Source: Vermamoeba vermiformis (taxonomy: Eukaryota). Taken from it: a DNA stretch of 47,469 nucleotides. This document shows positions 40,201-47,469 of the stretch, piece by piece (positions within the stretch are counted from its first letter, which is position 1; each line of letters starts with the position of its first letter). The notes beneath the pieces are model-generated. The model saw nothing but the letters and a program-made list of their open reading frames with translations, was not told the origin of the DNA and searched no databases. The translations under genes were made by a program, and so were the position numbers. Where the stretch lies: the NCBI GenBank assembly GCA_045837725.1, contig JBEWZL010000018.1:1-47469 (forward strand), read 5' to 3'.

Positions 40201-40462
40201 GTCTATGTTTACTTTCGTGCAAGAAAAATTCTCCATCCTACATCTTCGACAACCTACACACACTCGCAAAAGAAGTTGGACAGTCCGGTGCAATTTATTG
40301 TAAAACAGATCAGTCAACAATAGCAGCCTGCTCTTTTCGTGACTCCAATGCCACGATGAACCTTATTTCAAACTATGTGTCGGGTAAACTGTTCTATTCC
40401 AATAAGTTGTTATTTAACCTGTCTTAGACAAATTTCATTGGTACAAGCTGGGCCCAAAAGTC
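34205..40462 (+). CDS. 5' part of a multidomain piggyBac gene: His-Me-finger-like, AlkB-like, SRA-like, USP (C19), transposase N-part
   Basis: Manual GT-AG splicing gives one frame. AlkB: KRLYAVYG, MGLHRDDD, MQALLKHRV, RWVATVR. SRA-like: FHGAP, GCSSIVL, PIEVV, FVYTGTWFV. USP: GVQN..TCYLN, RDAHE, LQRF, HSG..GHY, YNDE, AYLVFY. Transposase: SLFELFF, ISRARF, AFDE, PTKPHPNG, TTDSKWGS. Confidence 0.75.
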
Positions 40463-40553
40463 GGGACGAACTTTTAACAAGGGGAAAAATATCCCACGTA
40501 TAAAGTGTACTGTTCGAACTTTTACTGTAAACTTTACAGTATAAATAAAAAAT

Positions 40554-43345
40554 TTATTTTAAAGGCCGTAAAGGTGGAATACAAATATAAATAGTGTTTG
40601 TGTTTGCTCCCACCGAGTTCTCAAACAAGGCAAGAGAGTGTGTTACAATCCACTGATGTGCAATAAGCAGTGTTTTGTATTGCATAATATCAAACACAAC
40701 GTCCATTATTGCAAAGGAGTATTGCACTAAAGTGTAGTGTTGATGAGCTTGTTCTGGAACGGAAGCTGAAATGAGAATTGCACGCTTTTTCGAGGCAGCA
40801 GGCAACTTGACATTAGTGAAAGCCTTAGTAACTGTAGGAATGGTGTAAGTGTAAAGTTTACAGTTATACAATAAAGTTTATAGTACGTACGGTAATAAAA
40901 GTAGACATAAAGAGGAGATGAACTAGACCCTCTAGTGTTACCAGAACCACCATACAAAAATGACTTGAGTAAAAAACCCTGGCTTGTAAGCCAGAGTAGG
41001 AATTTGCCAAGCTTTGTCTCCCCTACAAGCCAGGTGAGACAAATAAAAAGTAGAGTGAAGCAACTTACACGCATCATTTTTGTCGTAGATTGTGGTGACA
41101 GTGTCTCCAAACTCATGCGAAAACTGAACAGCAGAGGAAGGCTTGTGTTCGATTTGATCTTCTTCATCACTGAGATCCCCAACCTCTCCAGCATCATAGC
41201 TGTCAGCTGATTCTTGATCACGCCTGAAAAATTGTTAATAATTGCAAAACAAGGTTGACTAAACTTACAAGACTTTTTTGAGAGATTGAACCTTATCCTT
41301 AGACTTTGCTGAGGCAGGCTTGTCTTCAGAAACCTCCATCCGCCTTTTGAGAATAAGTATAAAGTGTAAAGTTTACAGTTTACAGTGACTTACGTGCCCA
41401 AGGCTTTCTTTTTAGGCGAAGTTTTTGGAGCTTGCTCTTCATCAACATCCATGGCACTAACAAAAATTAGATCAGCATTTAAGTTCGGTCAAAATGAACA
41501 CTCACGACTTCTTTTTAGGCTTAGACTGAAGCTTATCCTTAGATTTTGCTGAGGCATGTTTGGAAACCGTCTTCTCCCTGAGAAGAATTAAATTCATTAA
41601 TTGCAAACTGGTGGCATTAATGAACTTACGAGGTGGACTTTTTTGGCTTGGTTTTTGGTGGAGGTTGTTCATCATCTGAAAGCTCCATCACCCTGCGTAC
41701 AATTAGTGTAAAGTGTAAAGTGTAAAGTTTACAGTAAAAACTTACGACTTCTCTTCATCACTTGCAATTCTTTGCTCTGCTACAAGTTAGTGTCTGGTAT
41801 GCGCTTTATCTCATGAAATACATACCAACTTCGAGAACTCTCTTTTGTTCTGCTTTGTCAACACTAAGTTTGCCCCCATGAATGTCAGTAAAACGCACTG
41901 CATCCAGCACAGTATCAAGCGTGATCTGCTGGGGCTTTTCAGTTGAAGGTTGCAGGATAATGGCACCTGAAGAAGCAGTGCGTACTATTTTCAACCAACT
42001 AACAGTTAAACGTGATGATGCCAACTTCTTCTTTGGTGGAACAGTCACCACCCCGTACCAGATCTGTTTTTTTGGACCCAAAATTGCCACAACAGATGAT
42101 TTATGTACTGTAGCCAAATCATTAGCAGCTGCATATGGCTCTGCAGAGGCTCCTTGTAATCCTAGGCGATAAGGCGGTAAGTGTAAAGTTAGTATTATAA
42201 ATGCAAACTGTAAAGTGTACAGTGTAAAGTTTACAGTTTTTACCTTCGCGCACGTTGGGTTTTTGTTTCCGCCCCGAACTGTGTTCACTCTGTTCACTTG
42301 ATTCCTGCTCGCTGGCATCATCAACAACTTGCTCTGTGAGGACCGTATCTCCATCGTCCTTTGCAGCATCATTGCTGCGATCTACAGGCGCGTGAAAGCT
42401 TACCGGGCAATTGCTTGGAACGGGAGGTTCCAGGTGCAATAGGACCCCCCTCTGCAGTAGTATCGATGGTTTTCCCATCGTTTTTTGAACCATCTCTGCG
42501 GCGATCTACAAGAGATTTGAGATTTAAAATTGAATGTAAGTTTGACAATCACTTACCAGGTGAGTCTTCGGAACGGGAGGTTCCAGGCGCGGTAGTGCAC
42601 TCCTCTGCAGTATTATTCATGGTGTTCCCATCATTATTGGGCGCGTTGGTGCTGCGATCTTCGAAAACGTTAGCAAATCTGAGTTCGGTGGATGATCGCG
42701 TGAAAGCTTACCGGGCAACTGGTTGGAGCGGGAGCTTACAGGCACGTTAGGACGCCCCTCTGTGGTATTATCGATGGTGTCCCCATCATTATTGGGTGTG
42801 TTGGTGCTGCGATCTTCGAAAACGTTAGCAAATCTGGGTTCGGTGGATGATCGCGTGAAAGCTTACCCGGTGAGTGCTCGGAATGGGAGGTGCCAGGTGC
42901 GTTAGTACGCCCCTCTGTGGTATTATTGATGGTATTCCCATCGTTATTGGATGTGTTGGTGCTGCGATCTTCGAAAACGTTAGCAAATCTGGGTTCGGTG
43001 GATGATCGCGTGAAAGCTTACCCGGTGAGTGCTCGGGATGGGAGGTTCCAGGCGCGAGAGGACGCTCATCACCCTTATTATTAGTAGTACTAATAGTGTT
43101 GGTGTTGCTGTTGTTGTCGCCATCTGGTTTTAGAAAAAAAAACACATCAGATTTAAAATTTTTAAAAAAGTCAATAAATAATTATAAAAAAATGATATCG
43201 AGTGTATAAATAATATATAAATAATATATATATTACTATTACTTACCTTTCTTTGCTTTTTTTGCTTGAATTGATTTTTCTTCCCCCGAATCTGAATCTC
43301 TTGAGCGCTTTTTCGAGTGTTTGTCGCTTGTGTGTGATCTATCAT
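40554..43345 (-). CDS. Second gene of the nested element: multi-exon charged, low-complexity protein of unknown function
   Basis: Series of minus-strand GTAAG..AG introns joining short Lys/Ser/Asp-rich exons, with globular-looking parts at ~41820-42160 and 40554-41030; start uncertain. Confidence 0.6.
42340..43060. repeat. Tandem exon-plus-intron repeats with a 155-bp period
   Basis: GCTGCGATCTTCGAAAACG at 42651, 42806 and 42961; two more diverged units near 42375 and 42500. Confidence 0.9.
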
Positions 43346-43451
43346 CTTCTGTACGCCCTTTCGAGCGCGTATTGTAAGTAGACATTATCGCCAAGTGCGG
43401 TGTTTGTTCGAGTGTTACGGTAAAACTTACAGTTTAACTTTACGGTAAAAC

Positions 43452-46222
43452 ATGGCAACCATGTCGCAAATTGTACAGGTGGAATGTGACTGTAAAGATT
43501 ACACCTGTTACCAAAAAATTAATTATGGAAAGGCTGGTAATCACAAGGTTTATTATACTTGCCAGCTTTTCAATTACAAAAAAAACGCCATCTGTGGGAT
43601 CGTAAAAAGATCCAAAAAAGAAATGAAGCAACACCAAATGGCTCAAATGCATCATGAAGGTATTGTTACAATAGTAATTTAATTAATCGAAACAATTATT
43701 TTTAATAATGTCTTTACCTAGATGTGCTGAAGCTGAGATCCAGCACCACCCTGAAAAGAGACAAAAAAATGTTGGTACCTACTGAAAAACAGCCAAAACC
43801 ACAGCCAGTGAAAATAGATACATCTTCTTCTACTCTGCTATCACCAGCTAAGGAGGAAAAACAAAAAGGTAACGGTCAGAAAGGGCGCGAAAACTTAATG
43901 CAAAGTTTACCCTTATGTTCAACTGTAAACTGTAAACTATACACTTACCAGTAAACGCAGAACCGGATCGGTTGGAGCCAGTAATTATCAATCTTGCTCA
44001 AATGTCCCTAAACAAAGAACAAGTTCCAGTTAGCAAAACGGCAGCAGATGATTTGGCTTCCTCAATCGAATCAATTCTGCCAGTGGAGTACCTTCAACTG
44101 TGGAATGCAAAGCAACCTGTGAATATGCTTTCATATGTCCCAAGACACTGTAACAAGCATCAAAAGGTAGTACTTTGATTCTAGGATTGTTGCTTTTTCT
44201 CACCAAAGGTTACTAGAATGAAAAATGTTGCAAAGTGTCATTGAATGGTTGCAATCTCAGGCACCGCTGCTATGATGTGGCCTCACCATTTATTCTGCAA
44301 TATCATCGCTATTACTGCCATTCCCATGATGTGAATTTCTCCATAATGCAATTAGATCTGCAGGACTATCAGGTGACTCCCCAAATAGTGGTATTTGACA
44401 GAACAGTGGTCACTACTCGATTACTTGACTACATATTCAATACAGTTCCTGATCATTCTTTCAACTTCACTGCACTATCTAGGGCAATTTTATCTGGGTG
44501 GGTTGCAAACTTAACGCACAAGCTTTGAATGGTAAGTGTACACTTTACAGTTTACACTTTTCACAGATCTAACCTCTACAGGCACTGTTTACACATGTCT
44601 TCACCGAAGATGACATTCCCAAAGTACTTCAATCAGTGGAGGATAGTTTTGTCATATCTCCTTCAACTTTAGAAGCACTGTACCTGTTCAAATTTCAGGC
44701 CCAACAAAAATTTTTTCATCAATACACATCTGAGTTGGTTCAGTCTACTGGCATTGTTTTGCGCATTGACCATACTTATAAAATAGCCTCTGCATTGTCT
44801 GCACTCAGTAGTGATGGCAAGAGAGTAAGAATTTCATTAATACCATAAAATGTAATGTTTACACTTTACACTTAGGTGCAGGTCAAAGCCTCCTTATTGT
44901 CAATATTAAATGAACATGGTCAAGTGTTAAGAACAACAGTAGTACCATCAGACGAGCGCAGCTATATGTTCTCTGAATTGAAGGCAATATTTGATTTGTT
45001 ACCTGCTCCTGTAACAACTCACATCTTCACTGATGATAGCCGTAAAGGTATTCACTTGCTTTAAATATGACTGCTCCCTCCCTAACAGCTTTTTAGACAA
45101 ATCTGTAATTGAAAAAGCATTCCGCACAGTGTTTCCATCCGCCAAGAAGATGCCAAAAACATGCCAAGATGTTTGGCATGTAATTCACAGAATTGACTCG
45201 GTTTTAGCCCACAACCACCCAGGTAACCTAACTTTCAACACTTCTTACCAATTTAATTCGTATTGACAGATTACTATGCTTGCAAACGGGATTTGAGTGC
45301 TATATTTGCTCACCTAGCCAACATGGAAGAACCAACAGCTGATTTCCTTGACAAAGAACTCAAATCATGGATGGAGAGCTTCAAAGCAGCAAGCAGGGAT
45401 AATGACAAAGATCTTCAGTTTTTTATTGAAAATTTGGCAGACAAGCTCGCTGGGTATGTTCACTTAAAACTGTAAACTTTACACTTTACACCTAACGACA
45501 CTTTCCAGGGGAGTTCCAAAGCTCACAGACTATCCATCAATAATTACTGACAAAGTTGAGGGTGCAGTAACCAACTTTTTGAATGAAAAAGCTGGCTACT
45601 CGGGAGCTGTTCTGAATTCTGCTTCATTAAAAGAGTACAAGAAAGGCACCAATGCTAATGAAGCATGGCATAAATATCTCAAAAGGTCATCGCCACTGTA
45701 CAGTGGTAGTTGCTCTTATGAGTTGCTTAATGCAATAATCACTCATTTACAATTTCTGTACAATTACAGGTTTGTTACGAACTGTAAACTTACCACTTTC
45801 CACTAACTTTCATTCCTTGTAGCAAAGCCAACAAGACATCAGAAAACCCCACTGTCAACAAATTGCATGACCTGGTGCATCTATCGCTGAAGCTTACTGC
45901 ACCATACCTTCTTAATCCTGGTACCACATTGTCTGAGCTGCTTACATTCAGCTCCATGGAAGATTTAGAATTTTTGAACTATACCACTCGTAAAGCAAAT
46001 TACCCCAAAGTTACTGAGGAGGATGTTCAAAAGTGCATTGCTGGTTTGCAGAGAGTCAAAGCAGAAAAACAGGGAATGTCTTTCAATCTGCTTTACTTCT
46101 TGGCACACGATATTTTTGAAGAAAAATACTCCAAAGGATATGTTAGAAAGATTGTTTATGAAGTAGCCAAGCGTACAGAATCAAACAATCCACGCAAAAT
46201 ACAAGGGCGTGCGAAAAAGTAA
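43452..46222 (+). CDS. DDE transposase of the DxxH class with an N-terminal GRF-like zinc finger; one apparent premature stop
   Basis: CDC..NHKVYYTC..C; LRIDHTYK; LNEHGQVL; IFTD; QDVWHVIHRI; KGTNANEAWH; in-frame TGA at 44526-44528 just before a GTAAGT donor. Confidence 0.8.
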
Positions 46223-46280
46223 AGTGTAAAGTGTGCAGTTTAAACGTGGGATATTTTTCCACACGTTAAAAGTTCGTCCC

Positions 46281-46919
46281 CAAAAGTCGTTGCACCAAGC
46301 CCGGGAGTAAAGGTACGGAACCATCATTTTACGAGCAGCAACTAAATTAAGACAGCATACTCCGGGGAAACCATTGTGTAACCAGGAATACACTTATGCC
46401 AAAGGGTTCGTGGACGAAGCAGCTCGTCAATTGCACACGTACGACTGGCCACATAAGACAAAAAAATGGACAGTTGCAATGTTCCACACGCTGCTTACAA
46501 TTTGTGCTTGGAACGCATTTGTCTACAGAAAATCGTTGCCGGTTAAAGACGAGAATAAGAAGTTGAAAGATTTTCGAAACTTCCTCTCCACGGTAGCCAA
46601 CCAGTTTGCAAAAGTCCAACTTCGTGACAGTAAGCACCCATCAAGGCTAATGCGCTTTCGAGACCAAGACCAGAGCATTGTTATCAAGAAGTACAATCCA
46701 TCAGTTGAAGTATCGCAGTTACACATTGCCGTCCCGCACAAGTCAATCCAACGATCAGGAGGACAGCTACGTTGGTGCCAATTTTGTCCAAAACGTAAAC
46801 GCAACAGATGTTCGAAGTCGTGCCTAGCATGCTCACTTGCTTTTGGTAAACCTGTTCCGGCTTGCCAGGGTTGCATGACAAAACACCAAAATCGTCTCAA
46901 ATGCTCTTCTTTGTTTTAA
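46281..46919 (+). CDS. 3' part of the piggyBac transposase: third catalytic Asp and C-terminal Cys-rich domain
   Basis: KPLCNQEYTYAKGFVDEA..KKW..NAFVY..F; WCQFC..CLAC..CQGCMTKH. Confidence 0.88.
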
Positions 46920-47469
46920 ATTAATAAAGTAACATTAACTCGTGCCAGTGTCTGGGCACCTGGCTCTAACGTCAAGCAACAGTTGTTTCGGCAATTTGCT
47001 TAATTCCTCTGGGCATTAGGACCTACGATGCGGGCAATAAAAAATCGCTGAAGTTTTTAAATGAAAGTGATATTCGAGCAACTAGCATTGGCCTCTTAGA
47101 TGACAAGGAGGTAACTCCAAGTGCTCAGGAGTTACTCAACCAGCAGGTGACTGCTGGTGTGGTGTGCCACTGACGGTGCAAAAATGTACTGTCAGATCCA
47201 CTATGTGGAGGACTGGGATACTCGCGCACACCTCCCCTGCGATCTAGTAACTTTACACAATATAATATTAACAAAATTAACTGGGAAGTGGGGCTTGGGA
47301 AAAAGTAAAAAATCGTTGCTTACGAGATCTAGATCTCACTGTGTGCCTAGTCAACAAGTCAATTGTCTGCTTGAATGCGATAGTCATTAGTGTCAGAATA
47401 TATTGATTACATCTTTATGAAACGTTGCCTAATAAAATTTAGAACTTTTATCTATCCGCCGTTTAAGGG

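Larger units (their letters stand above)
40463..46280. mobile_element. Nested 5.8-kb TIR DNA transposon (Mutator/Dada-like transposase) inserted in the piggyBac gene
   Basis: ~48-bp imperfect TIRs starting GGGACGAACTTTTAAC; direct repeat CAAAAGTC at 40455-40462 and 46281-46288 (extendable to 10 bp CCAAAAGTCG); removing it restores the host frame WYKLGPKVVAPSPG. Confidence 0.93.
33928..47469 (+). mobile_element. Large piggyBac-like DNA transposon (~7.7 kb without the nested element)
   Basis: piggyBac-type transposase inside; candidate ends CCCTTAAA (33928-33935) and TTTAAGGG (47462-47469, the window end); left flank ATAT. Boundaries are less certain than the transposase. Confidence 0.7.

Noticed and set aside
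42340-43060. Regularly spaced repeats as a CRISPR-like array
   Set aside because: The whole 155-bp unit is repeated with no unique spacers, and exon-intron duplication explains it
47157-47390. 77-aa ORF near the right end
   Set aside because: GTG start and no motif; likely subterminal non-coding sequence

Overview
Intron-rich eukaryotic genomic DNA with short GT-AG introns; a protist, plausibly an amoeba (inference from gene content). Bases 1-33.9 kb hold host genes: four paralogues of a small two-exon gene, degraded F-box/LRR gene pieces, a free-standing His-Cys box endonuclease-like gene, a Deg/HtrA protease, an ankyrin protein, an F-box/EF-1alpha-like protein, a small secreted protein, a cytochrome P450, a BTB/KCTD protein, an ABCA transporter and a fasciclin protein. 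Bases ~33.9-47.5 kb are a large piggyBac-like transposon. Spliced by hand, its gene gives one frame with a His-Me-finger-like motif, an AlkB-type dioxygenase, an SRA-like domain and a USP deubiquitinase in front of a DDD transposase. That gene is interrupted by a nested 5.8-kb TIR element with a Mutator/Dada-like transposase, a second gene and intron-enriched heptamer motifs. Also seen: a circularly permuted tRNA-like gene (4501-4695) and an ~8-kb inversion with a 98-bp breakpoint duplication that made chimeric genes. All splice models and domain calls are by eye; no searches were run.
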